The notes under the pieces are model-generated. The model searched no databases, was not told the origin of the DNA, and was given only the letters and a program-made list of their open reading frames with translations. 64,000 nucleotides of DNA from Amphiscolops sp. MND2022 (taxonomy: Eukaryota). Position numbers and translations under genes: made by a program. The DNA lies in NCBI GenBank assembly GCA_964187785.1, contig OZ076409.1, positions 84,136,001 to 84,200,000 on the forward strand, in the 5' to 3' direction. Position 1 is the first letter of the stretch. Each line of letters begins with the position of its first letter. This document shows positions 52,269 through 64,000 of the stretch, piece by piece.

Positions 52269-52446
52269 CAGGAGTGGTTTTAAGGGGGCCGCCTGCCCCT
52301 TTGGAGCTATGTATGGGATGAATTGATGTCACAGCCGGTAAAATGAGCTTTCCTACTTTCAAATGTTCAACTGGTGCTCTAGTTTCGGTGCGCCCCACGT
52401 TTTGAAAACCCGCTCACCCATTGAGAAAATCCTAAAACCGTCCCTG
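52269..52446. mobile_element. hAT-type MITE
   Basis: Perfect 8-bp TSD TTTTGCAC (52261-68, 52447-54); imperfect TIR caggagtggtttta / taaaaccgtccctg. Confidence 0.8.
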
Positions 52447-53048
52447 TTTTGCACGGAAAATTTTTTTGCGAAATTTATATTAACCTACTGCGCTTTCAAA
52501 ATTTTTGCAGTGAAATCGATCGTCGGTAACCTAGTGTAGTTCTAACTCTCAACGGTCATTGGAGTTGTATAAAAGCCGAAATCAGAAAGGACTCTTTTCG
52601 GCAAAATTTGCTATCCCGCGTTAAAATAATATTCAAGCGCTTAAGCGGAAATGTTAGAAAAACTCGCCCAAAATTTCAATTGAAAAATTCTTGAAAAATA
52701 TCGTTCAAAAATATTCAAATGGCATAGTTTGAATGACATTGTTGCACATTCATACTGACATTTGAACAGAGGCATTCAAAATAATACAATTCAGAGGGAA
52801 ATACCGATCTTGTCAATGGAGTTACAAACACTACACATCGCAACCAAACTACTTAAAATTTGGCTGAACTCATGAAAATGAATGCAGCTAATTTGCTATC
52901 ATTTCCAGGAACAAATCCTATGTTGTTAAAAAATGTAACACAAGCACAGGTTCAAATTTGCTCTTTGGTAGCGAGCTTACGACATGTCCACCAAAAATGG
53001 TTGCTCACAAAAGAAAGCTTAAGTTAAGGAAAACTTCAGAATGCTAAC

Positions 53049-53252
53049 CGGGGTATATTGAAGTTTGAAACGCTGCTTCATTGATGGCGTGAAGAAGGGC
53101 AACAAGCTTGACCTTGGAGGTGCTGGTGTAGCCATGGTAACACTCTGGCTCGCCGTCACATCCGTCCCACAGGTCCAGTTCCAGGTGTCGTACCCCCTCT
53201 GCCAACAGCTTCGACACTGCGTCCTCACTTGACTGGGAGTACAATTGGTCCC
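53049..53252 (-). CDS. PLC exon: X box core
   Basis: ttttAG|GG GAC. Encodes GDQLYSQSS...GVRHLELDLWDG.DGEP..YHGYTSTSK...AFQTSIYP. Donor G|GTtagc; phases 1/1. Confidence 0.95.
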
Positions 53253-53862
53253 CTAAAACGCAACCCATCGCTTCTGAACGACTTCCGTGAGGAATGGCAG
53301 CGCATTCATACCAATAAGAGCTGCGCATATTTTTCGAATCAGTTCGGATTTAAAAAACCACCCATCAGGGAATTTTGTTCAGATCTCACGAAAATGCTCG
53401 TTAAAAGGATTACGTTTTATCCGGAATAAAATCCGGAAAAAGTTTTCGGAATAAAATCAATTTGTTGAAATATGCGGAAGTAAATATCCGGACTTTAATT
53501 CCAAAAAAATCTCTTGAACACCTCTAATTTTTGAATTCTGCGAAAAGTAATTTTGACTGAATTCAAAATTAAATTAAAAATCTTGGAATATAAGCATTGT
53601 TACTTGAATAAAAGAACATATTACTGATAAACGGTAATGATCTTATGCATTCTTATTTGAACACAGGCGAAGCTCTCAGCGAACAATTAATTGGAAAACA
53701 GTCCCTCGCTCAATTCCAATAGAAATGACTTCCCTAGCTTTTGAAAGAGCGCAATTTTTAAAGATATCGGCTGGTCGGAAAAAAATGGCGTTACAATATT
53801 CCAGCCTACGCAAAATAATTACTAAAGGGGAAATATCTCGGGATTGCTGGAATCTGTCTCAC

Positions 53863-54077
53863 CCGTGAGGAAAGAGTTATGGGACGAATTGATGAAATAG
53901 TGTGTCATGGGATGACCCATATCGTGCGTCACTTGGGTGTGAAAAGGATTCATGATTGAAAGGTCGGGTGACAGCAGGTATGTGATTAGACCATCCATTC
54001 CTAGACAGTTCTCTGCTCTCAGGATAGGCACCGGTTCGAAATGAGCAATCACTTTCACCAGATAGTTGTCCTCGACC
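53863..54077 (-). CDS. PLC exon: end of EF region and start of X box
   Basis: aaatAG|G GTC. Encodes IAHFEP...LGMDGLITYLLSP...HDMGHPMTHYFINSSHNSFLT. Donor G|GTgaga; phases 2/1. Confidence 0.95.
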
Positions 54078-54396
54078 CTATTTACAGGCACAAATTAACA
54101 CCTTTAGAAGTAAATTCAGCGGATCCCGGATATAAGAAACCCGCTTATAAGAAATTCCCAATGCGTATCTTGGCCCCGACTGCCAATTTGATTCCTCTTT
54201 AAACCCGCATATAAGAAAGTTCGATTATAACTAGTCGTTCCGTTGACATCGATAATTTCCGGCATCCATTGTATTACTTAAATTAGGATTTAATTGCAAT
54301 GTTCATTTGCTTTTTATGATAAGGACATCTACATCTTTATAGGTAAAACGCTATGGGTACAGTTGCTATTACTGACTTTCCGTTCTGCGAAGATGA

Positions 54397-54915
54397 AACA
54401 AGCTGGGAACGGCCCGAGTCGGCACCATATCTAAGGCTCAAAAAGACTCGAAAACCACTTTTTCTACAACTGGAGACAACAAAAGCTCTCAAAAAACTAA
54501 AATTTGAGGAAAAAAAATTTCCGATGTTTTTTGAAGTCTCCGGTAAGTCGCATAGTGCCGAAAAATGTAAAAGGGGGGGACCATTTGGGATTTTTTGATC
54601 ACCCATTCTGTTACAAAATATCAAAACATTGATGGGGGGAGCAGTAAAAAAAATTCGGAAAAAAATGAGAAATTTGAACAGTCTCACAGTGCCGAAAAAA
54701 GGGGAAAGTCTCAGTGTCGAAAAAAGTGGAAATGGGGACCCTTCTGCTTGGGAATGGCTTTTTTTTCTCATCTTAAAGGCTTTGGATGCGTTGAAAATGA
54801 GTACTAAGTACATTTGGTAAATGTGCATAATGCACAAAGAGTGGATCGATCGCGTTGAACTGACGAAAAAACTAGCCACTGTAAGAGTCGGATTTTTTTC
54901 GAAAACGCCGACTAA
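54397..54915 (-). mobile_element. HINE-like family 1 copy
   Basis: aacaagctgggaacggcccgagtcggcacc ... gccactgtaagagtcgg...aaacgccgactaa. Confidence 0.68.
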
Positions 54916-55182
54916 ATACCGTCTGTAGTTTTGCCAAATAATGTAAGAGCTTAGTGCGCTGAACTTCTAAATGACCCGCCATTAGATGTTTCCAATTTTG
55001 ATAATTTGAAGTTGTCGAAAATGTCATTCCAAACTGGAATAGTGACAAATGAGTAGTTTCTCAAAGAAATACAGTCTTTTAGGGTATTCAAAACAGAAAT
55101 GAAAATCTGAAAATATCATTTTTTGTCTCGGATTACTATTGTGTAGTTTTTAATGCTAAAAATGTTTTCTAACAAAACTAAC

Positions 55183-55524
55183 CTGGAAGGCAAATAGGAG
55201 AACTCAACTTTGAGGAAAGCTTCCAATTCTTCGCAGGTTAAATAGTCGTCTCCGTTGTTGTTAAACTGGAAGATGAAGGACAACACAGGATCCATTCGAC
55301 AGTAGAACTCGTACATCTCTATGAATTCCCGCTCTGTGATTGGTCGATTGTCACGAGCAGATAAGGAAGCCAATGAGAACTGATTGCAGTAGTAGGAAAT
55401 TTCCTTGATCTTGGAAATACAAGTCTGTAGTTCTACCGTGCAATTGGAACTCCTTTGATGATCATTTCCTCCGCCAACGTTTCTCGATTCTGCATCATCT
55501 GAGAATGTATCTCCTTGCTCCACT
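55183..55524 (-). CDS. PLC exon: EF-hand-like region
   Basis: ttttccAG|A GTG. Encodes ITEREFIEMY...DDYLTCEELEAFLK. Donor AG|GTtagt; 342 nt, phases 2/2 match both neighbours. Confidence 0.85.
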
Positions 55525-56274
55525 CTGGAAAATATATGTATTCTGTATACAGAACGGTAAAGTATCGATAAATCGATAAAGCATCCTTGTACCCGGCTCT
55601 TTTTCGTCAATCTCAACTCGCATGTACTCCGTTGATGTTGAAATAGCATCAACAGAAGACAATTTATCCCGGAACCCGTATTAAGTCTTTGCAATAAATT
55701 ACATGTTTTCTTGAAAATTCTGAAAAACCCCAGAGTGCCGACAAAATTCAGAAGAGGCTATCGCAATAAGACAAGCAACGGGATTGCCAAAAATCAGTTT
55801 CCAGAGTTTCCTTCAAAGAGTAACTGAAAAGTCTCAAAGCGCAGAGTAGCTGAAGTTGTTGAGGGATTGTGAGAAAATTCACAAAAATAACAGCAGAAAC
55901 TTCATGATCTTGTTGGAAAACGGACGCTTAATAAATGTGAGACATTGTTATTTGGCATGATGTTTTGAACACACATGATGTTTTGAATAAACCCCAGTTA
56001 TATTGAAATTCAACCTGAATCGCCATTAGTCGACAGTGCTATTGGCCGACAAAATAAAATCAAAACAGCGTAATCAGCTCTGAAAAGTGTTCAATAATTT
56101 GAAGAAAATTAAGATATATTTTCATAAAGATCAGGAAATGAAGTTGAAATCTTGGTTCAAATTCATTTTGATTTTTTCTATCCTTTTCAAGTAAAATATA
56201 TTAAACGTTGGTATTTTCTCACAGACATATTTGATACAATCGAACTTTAGATTCGAATTATTGAAGTGCATGTA

Positions 56275-57810
56275 CAGTAGAGTGCAGCTATAACGAATGC
56301 GGCTATAACGAAATGTGCTTAGAACGAACAAATTTTAATTCCCCGAATTTTTTCTTACGTTTTACATGCAAAAAATCGCGGCTATAACGAATGCGGCTAA
56401 AACGAAATGTGTGTATACCGAACAAAGGATAATCACCCAAGCGAGAAAAATGTCTGCATATAACGAAATTGAGTCTCTTCAATCATGGTTATTGTCAGCG
56501 TGTGATACGTTTGCTCAGCGTCAAAAGTGTCGCAAGCGAAAATCGTTGAGTCTTATTGAAAAATATGCTATTATTCAAGAGAAAGAAAACGATCCGTCAC
56601 TTACACTGGACCAACTGTCTACAAGGTATTCGTGTGGAAAATCTACAATAAGCGAAGTGCTTGGCAAGCAACGCAGCAAAATTCTAACGTAATTTCAGAA
56701 TGGGCCGACTACTGGCTCCACCAAAAAATTCAGGCAGAAGAAGTTTCAAGACGTGGAAGTACGGTTGATAATAACTTGGAGTGCTGGGGCGTTTTCGGCA
56801 AACATGGAAGGTATCACTGGACTAACACCTGTGACAAAAGCGCTGACCATTAGGATCCAAAGGCGATAAATGACATGGAGGAAAATAAAAACAGGGTAAC
56901 AGTATTGGTGGGTACAAATGCAATCGGGACGGAAAAATTGCCAATGTTCGTAATTGGGAAGTCAGCAAAACCGAGATGTTGAGAAACGACTTCTGGCATA
57001 TGATACTAAATCCGAGTTCAAGTTTAATCTTCTGGAAGCATTGCGCTTGGTTAAATTGTCCTCGCAGAACGTTACAGAACGTACTATTCTTCACTGCTAG
57101 ACATTGCGGTTTTGTTTCCAACACCCCTGAACAACGGACATGCGAACCAGATGAATCTGAAATCATAGCGGCATGGTCCCGATTACAGCATGCCGGCTTA
57201 CATCTAGTTGAAGATGTCAGTATCAACGATTATGTTGATGTAGATGCAGCGACAGCAGTTTGTGAGAGCCCAGATGATTTGGCCGTTCAACAGACAAACA
57301 ACCAGTCTGAAGATCAAATTAGCGACCATGAGTTTATAGTTGAAGACCCTGAGCCGGTACTTAAGCGGTCACTTATCAATTGTTTGGAGGCATTATTGAC
57401 ACTCCACTCATATTTCCATTATGAGGGTACTGAATGTGATGAGGACATGGAACGAATCGAGAAAGTGCTTCGGAAGAAAGCAGACAGTGATAACAGATAA
57501 TTTTCGTTGAAATTGCAGTTTAATGGATACTTAACTAATGTCGGATTTAATGTACCATTGTGCTTATTGTACGAATATTAAGCCTATGTCCTGTGTAATC
57601 TAGTTACGATTTCCTTTCGGTTAACTTTGGTACGGTTAAGTTATCTTCGATAAATTTAAAGCATTCTCGAACGAGATGTTTTTATAACGAACATTTGAGC
57701 TTTAGATTGTTCCAAAATTGCCCTATAACGAAATGCGGCAATAACGAAGTGCGCGAATAACGAACTTTTTTCGTTTTCCCGAGGGGATCCGTTATAGCCG
57801 CACTCTACTG
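56275..57810 (+). mobile_element. pogo/Tigger-family DNA transposon, internally deleted with a pseudogenised transposase
   Basis: TA flanks; 24-bp TIR CAGTAGAGTGC(A/G)GCTATAACG(A/G)AT. HTH-psq-like KRKSLSLIEK...GKSTISEVL and DDE-domain fragments RVTVL and IGKSAKPRC. 'ctataacgaa' subterminal repeats. Confidence 0.92.
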
Positions 57811-59507
57811 TATAGCAAAATTAATGATCACTGATATCCAATCACATTCGATCCTGTCGGCCAATTACAAGGTCGCCGATTCAACCAAAAGATAACTTGA
57901 AACAACCGACAGTTTGTCAAACCACTAGTCGAGTGATTATCCACTTGAACTAGATCCGGACAAAAAGTCTGATGAAATATCAGCACGGGAGAAAGGTCCA
58001 CAGGCCATTAAACATTTTCCAGCTTATAAGAAAACAATCGAAGCAACTAAAACTATGATTGAATAATGTCGAAACATCGCGGAAATAACATTTTTATCAA
58101 TAAGGTTTTCATAGAATATTCAATTGCAGAGGTAGCCTTGAAATTAGATGTCTCTGAAATTCGGCTATAGAAGGTACCTTCGGCTATACGCTTGTCAATT
58201 CAAATTTTGGAGAAAATCTCTTTACAAGATGAAAAAATTTCCACCTGACTGTTCAAAATAAGAGAAAATGGAAAGCGTGTATACAATTTAATTGATTTTT
58301 CAATTAGCAAATTTCACTTGAACTGACTTGGTAAGAAAGGTAATTATCGTCCCAAATAGTACTTCAGTGAATAGTTTTCCTCGAACATTTCCTACATTCA
58401 ATTACAAAGAAAGATAATCGAAACTCCACAATAGCATTCCGGGCAGGACAATGCAGTACCGCGAAAGTAAACTTTTGAATCCCAAGCTTTCATCGGCTGA
58501 CTATCAACGTTAATACCTATTCAAGCACTTCCGTGAGTTCCAGACAGCGCTTTCTGATTATATCGATGAAAATTAAGGCGCCAAACATTCCAAGCATCAA
58601 AAAAGACTAATTACTGGATTATTATTTAATTAATCAGACGCAAATATATTTTTTTAAAAATTGGCACTAACTACCATGCGACTGAAATGTCTGCTTTTGC
58701 GTGACTGAATTGTTTGTGTAAATTTGCGTTTTTGAAATAAAAAGTCTGGCACTGAAATGTCTAGCAACCATCTCTAAGGGTGTATCAAAATATTGATTTT
58801 CTCATAGTTCTGCAATGATTAGGACGCTGAAAACTGATACTGAGATTTCGTTTAAAATTTAAATATCGAAGCAGATTTCTTTCGTGAGAGCAGAATTGTA
58901 GTGTATTAGGTTTTTCGTGTATCGTGTATTTGCAAAAACCGTTACGTGTATTCGTGTGTTTTAAAAATTCATGTATTTTCGTGTAATTTTTCTGAGAAAA
59001 AAAAACTTCGAAAGTTTGAATTTCAATTTACTCATTATAAACAGCAATGTGAACCAAAATACCCAAGTTTTTTGGCGACATACTATTTCTTCTATTTGCG
59101 CGTCGTATGTTACATTGAGAAAATAGCCTTTCGACTGCTCCTAAGCTTGCTGGATTGTTTAATTTCAAGGATAATTTTTTTGAACAATACTGGCACAATT
59201 TCTGCGTCCCAAAATGAATGAAAATGGATAAACCGAAGCGGGACCAGAGTTCGAATATTGAGACATGAATGTCTTCCAGGCGCTATGGCGAGATGAACTC
59301 ATTACAGCAAAATCCGAAATATTGCGTAAGTTTATGTATGAGGCACGTCAAAAACATCAGGGGTATCTATTAGATTCTACGTTTCGATTCAAACTGGATA
59401 ACAGTATCATAAGAATCAGAACGAGAAAAACTGAATGTCCGTGATGGGTCACTTCTTGTTTCTGAAAAGCTCAATTTTTGGCTTGGATCAAGAGCTACGG
59501 CAACTAG

Positions 59508-60268
59508 AACAAGCCGGGAACGGCCCAAGTCGGCATCTCGCTCAAGGTTCAAAAAGTTTTTTTTTAAATGCGAAAGAGCACCATTGTTGGAAATTCATCA
59601 ATTTTGCAGAGCCAAAAAACACCCGAGTGAATATGCAAAAGGCTCAAAAACTATTTTTCCACAACTGGAAACTGTAAAAAATATCTTGTGCAGCAGCAAA
59701 AACGCAAAATTGAGAAAAATCGGTTTTTTTTCAAAAACATGTCTCCGGTATGTCGCGTAGTGCCGAAAACCCTTAGGAGTCCTCTATACTCGCAAAACTT
59801 TTGGTTTCTTCAAAAATTGAAGGCGGGCTTCGATAAAAACAAATTAGAAAAATGTCGCTTAGTCCCGAAAAAACGCCGTCTTAAATCAAGAAACGCTATA
59901 TCCAATTTACCTAATATCCGGTAGACGTTATATGCGGAAATCGTTATATCCGGTTTGCGTTAAATCGAGTTTGCGCCAGAAAAATCCAAAGAAGGACCTT
60001 TTTGTAACATTGAAAGATTCACCAAAAAACGTTTTATCTGTATACGTTATATTCAGATTTCGTTATATCCGGTTTGCGTTAACTCCAGTAAGGGTTGTGT
60101 TATTGTCGAAGGGGACCCTTAGCACAATTTACAGCTTTGAAAAATTTTCCAAGGACCGTTATATCCGGTATACGTTACAGCTTACAAAGCTTATAAAATC
60201 TGTGACGTCATAGGTCTTCAAAAAAGCCAGCGCTATAGTCTGCGTTTTCTACGAAAAGCGCCGACTAA
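59508..60268 (-). mobile_element. HINE-like family 1 copy with an internal 'gttatatccgg' repeat block
   Basis: aacaagccgggaacggcccaagtcggc ... ctatagtctgcgttttctacgaaaagcgccgactaa. Confidence 0.7.
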
Positions 60269-61059
60269 AAAGGATCACTTTTTATTAATAATGAATCGAG
60301 CCCTCAGAATGTTCAACAAACGCTGCATAGTCATCAATGCGAGCTTCATCATTACTGGTTGATATCATTGCATTTCCAAGTTGTTGACAAATTGGCAATA
60401 CTCTCGATATGGTGGGATATGATTACCCCTGCACATGCTTCTTGGAATATCCGTTGCTTTTTGAAAAAGCCGTAATATATTACTCATTTCCGTAAGTAGT
60501 GACAATTCATTTTCTCAAATTTTCAATTCACTGTGATCTGATTGATCCAGAGCTGAACTTATATGTTCATTCTCTTCCAGGATATGCTCCATTAAACAAA
60601 ATTGCAAGTTCCATCACGTCTCGTTTGGTTTTGGTACCGATTTTTTCGATAATATATATTCCTGAATATTGGCTGATTGGTACTCTAAGTCACGAAAAAA
60701 AACTTTTGTTCGCCAATAGCGATAGGCGAGGCGCCTTCTGCACAGAGATCTTTTACGATTGATTTCTTAACTGCATTTTGTTTTGAGAAAACAGGCTTCT
60801 TTGTGGTGAGAAAATTTTGTAGGCACAAATTTTTTGTTTGTTTCAGATGTAAATCAAGTTCTTTCGGATATAGCTGTTGATAGTGCCCTTCGTATTTTTG
60901 CAATGACAGCTATTTTTTTTTACAAATTCGACAAATTGACGGTTTTCCTTGCGTAAATTGCGCAAGAATCATAACCTTCCGTTGCGGAGGAATTATAAAT
61001 AATCTATTCATTTGAAAGAGTGGTCAGTTGCTCTCACAAGATGGATTCAAGCGCGACGT

Positions 61060-61380
61060 TGGTATGGGAGGTTATCTACATGAAATGGAAGTACCTCGGC
61101 CATGTATTGAGAATGTCTGCGGAAAGGCGCCCCGGAATCATTTTCCTGTATAATCCACCAGTATACTGGAACAGACCCTCGGAAGGAGTGCGACTTTACC
61201 AATGAGCGTTACCTCAAAAAAGCATGCGAGAAATTGATAATGAGACGTTTCAATCTCGACACAAAAAACTCTGAGCTTACTTGGAAGAGTCATCTCACGA
61301 TTCTGGCTGCCGATCGAGTCAAATGGAGAATGATATGGCCAATACCCAGTGATGAATGAGAGGCAAGAAGAAAAAGAAGT
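61060..61380 (+). mobile_element. 3' fragment of an RTE-like LINE
   Basis: KWKYLGHVLRMSAERRP ... TWKSHLTILAADRVKWR, followed by an aagaag-type tail. Confidence 0.65.
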
Positions 61381-61975
61381 AATAGGCTATACGCGATTCG
61401 GAAAGGGGGCTATCGCAATCCCCTTTTTTGAAGCAATGAACACGTTCCGATCGAAAAATGATTCAAAAAATCGGGCTTAATGCCATTATAGGATATAAGA
61501 AGCCAACTATACGAAAGTACGATTAACGAAACCTTCGATTATACGATTGCACGTTATAAGAGGAACTCAGTATACAATACACTGATACATAGACGTATAA
61601 AGTGTGAAAAGCTATGGATACATATTAATGACGCGTGAATACCGTTTAAAGGAATTGCATCATGTACAAATTTAAGCCAAAAAATATTCATTTAGGTTAT
61701 TCATGCAATTCAATTCGATACGCTCAATTGCCACATTCACATGCTCAATTTAATTATCGTGTAATTTTGTGTATTTTTTGTGTATGTTTCAAAAAATCGT
61801 GAATCGTGTAGGTTCGTGCATTAAAAAAGCAAAAAGATCGTATATCCTGTCGTGTATTGTGTACAATCCACTGTGTGAGAGTTAAAATTGTTTTCGGGCT
61901 AAAATTTCATGCTAATACATGTAACTACGCTAATCTCAATTTTGCTCAATTTCAATCGTAGACATTTTAAAAAAA

Positions 61976-62517
61976 TAGGCCCCTCCGGGGGCTCAGTACT
62001 ATTTCTACTTTAATCTTTTTTTTGAAACAAAAAAATTCATTATTAAAAGAATCATATCTGGAATACCAATACACTCTTGTTTAATCATTATTTAGCGCAC
62101 AATTACATGTAATCACTGTACAAGTTTACACCGCCTTTAATTCTTCTCGGACTAAAGAAAATGTAACTACTAAGCGTAGACGAAGTTTCGCATTCGCATT
62201 TGAATGCAGGCGAAGCTCTCAACGAACGATTAATTAACACTCATTCGCTTCATCTCAATAACTCGGGGCAACGAAAACACAATTACGAACATTCGCTCGC
62301 TTCATCTCAATGACGTCAGCATACGAATAGATAATTACCACTCGCTCGTTCCATCGCACTAGAATTGAATTGTTGTCGGCAGCTTGAGAAATTTATTTCC
62401 CACGCTTACAGTCACTGCCGAACAAAATATCTGAATGATTCAGTATCACGACAAGAATTGTACTGAAAAAAAGTAGAAAGTTTGAGGTTACAATATTCCT
62501 GCTAAAGCAGAAATATT
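61976..62517 (-). mobile_element. HINE-like element family 2, copy B
   Basis: GCCCC-tccg-GGGGC hairpin, TATTTCTACTTTA ... AATATTCCTGCTAAAGCAGAAATATT terminal stem-loop. Confidence 0.72.
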
Positions 62518-62712
62518 AAAAACACGATGTAAAATAGATAAAGTTTCAGGAACTTTTGTATTTAAACTTTGCCGAAATTCTTGGTTTTCGAACGTTTACC
62601 CATAATACTTTTGTCCTGATTGTTTTTCACAATCAAGAGTGCGGATGAATTGCCCCAGCTATATTCTTTAATCACAGGACTACGTAAGTCAAGGATGTGA
62701 CTATTTGTTTAC

Positions 62713-62856
62713 CTGTTAGGTATGGCTGAATAGACAGGCGGCGTGTGATTTTCAGAGCGCTTAGGAGTGGATGGAAGCCCTGCATGGTGCCTGTGGTTCT
62801 CCGAAGACGAAGACCAGTTGTGGTTGTTCACACTCGTAGCATCTTCGATTTGCTCA
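62713..62856 (-). CDS. Candidate PLC exon (low-complexity insert in the EF region)
   Basis: ctgtcAG|T GAG ... AAC AG|GTaaac; 144 nt, open only in phase 2/2. Joins the 55524 exon in frame, but no matching phase-2 upstream donor was found. Confidence 0.5.
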
Positions 62857-62912
62857 CTGACAGTTCAGAGATGAGATGACCAACAATTTATTTCAGGGAA
62901 CATCCAGTTAGA

Positions 62913-63102
62913 ATCAAGAAAACCATCTGTTCTTTTGAAGCAAACAAGCATCACTTTCCTCCAGAAATAATTTCTAGCTAACAAAAATGGTATTCAGAAA
63001 ACTCATGGTATCAAGAAAACCATCTGTTCTTTTGAAGCAAACAAGCATCACTTTCCTACAGAAATAATTTCTAGCTCATAAAAATGGTATTCAGAAAACT
63101 CA
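62913..63102 (+). repeat. 97-bp-period tandem duplication
   Basis: atcaagaaaaccatctgttcttttgaagc...tattcagaaaactca at 62913 and again at 63010. Confidence 0.9.
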
Positions 63103-63238
63103 AAATTACTATGCAAAATCAGCATCTCAAAATCGGTACGATTCCAAAGCTTCAATAAACTTATAAATGCGCAAAACTAAAACATTTCACTAGCTCATCT
63201 GCAAAAAAAAAATTTTCCAGAAGTAGTAAAACATCTAC

Positions 63239-63480
63239 TTTTTGAATACTTCTTCGGAATGTTTTTCCTGATCGTAAGAAGAATTGGTCGTCCCTAGTGG
63301 AGTTACTGGGCGTGGTAGGCGTTGGTTCGGCACTGCTATTGGTACTAGCGGAGGATAGCATGGAGCGGAACTCTTCCGAGAGCCACATACCGCGCACGGT
63401 GTGTTCATGTGAAGTGCTTCTGTACACCAGAAAGCGAAGCCCAACTATCCATAAATCCGCACACTCGGGTGTCGTGGCCA
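63239..63480 (-). CDS. PLC exon: PH-domain C-terminal helix and start of EF region; donor uncertain, gene continues beyond the window
   Basis: tgtttcAG|TG GCC. Encodes ATTPECADLWIVGLRFL...RGMWLSEEF, matching the PLC pattern 'A..W..GL..L ... R..WL...F'. Confidence 0.8.
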
Positions 63481-64000
63481 CTGAAACAAATCACACTTTC
63501 AAGTGAAAAACTCTAAGCACCCTTCAAATACTGTTTCAATGGAAATGAAAATCACATTTTCTCGGAAAATCTCCAAAATTTGTGATTAAAATTCGATACC
63601 CCATCGAAAAATCAGTAAGAACGTTTTTTGTTACCGATAAAAACTCCGATCGAAGTATGAAAAGCTAAAATGGCAGCTAAATCGGTTTTCGATATTTTGA
63701 GAAAAAAAACAAGCAATCTAGGTTATTTTCAGCAGTTTGAGAGGCAAAAAAAACTTCAAGGTGAAACGAAATTATTTTCAATTAGTGATGACGCTATCGT
63801 ACAATACCAAGAGATCGGTGTGATTGGGAATACATTGCAGATGTATGCAACCCTTCCTTATCTAATGGCGACAATAGATTCAAAATGGATTGAAGGCTAC
63901 CGAATTCTTCACAATTCGCAAATTTTGTAACTGAATTGATACATTCGACGTTGGGAATTACATCCAATGAAACAGAAATGTGAAAATTCAACTGGAGGTT

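Larger units (their letters stand above)
58891..61873. mobile_element. Old hAT-like element carrying nested insertions
   Basis: Ends CAG...CTG; 8-bp flanks cgtgagag / tgtgagag; clusters of TCGTGTA near both ends. The TIR is poorly conserved. Confidence 0.55.

Overview
AT-rich eukaryotic DNA, probably from an invertebrate animal (spliceosomal GT-AG introns, dense transposons). It has two host genes, both on the minus strand. One is a complete three-exon adenosylhomocysteinase (AHCY, 434 aa, 15611-19730). The other is a large phospholipase C of eta-like architecture (PH-EF-X-Y-C2-long tail) running from beyond the right edge down to 25888. The rest is mostly mobile DNA: two full-length Ty3/Gypsy elements with ~190-bp LTRs and 5-bp TSDs, a decayed Ty1/Copia element interrupted by a LINE, more LINE relics, a deleted pogo/Tigger element, several hAT- and piggyBac-type MITEs, and at least three families of Helentron-like (HINE/DINE-1-type) non-autonomous elements. 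Most notable: (1) in both Gypsy elements the apparent Gag start codon is made from the last LTR base plus the primer-binding site, so the PBS is translated; (2) the PLC keeps its catalytic residues but has replaced several inositol-phosphate-binding residues; (3) the rolling-circle-type elements keep fixed ends around variable cargo. All alignments were done by eye; no database search was run.
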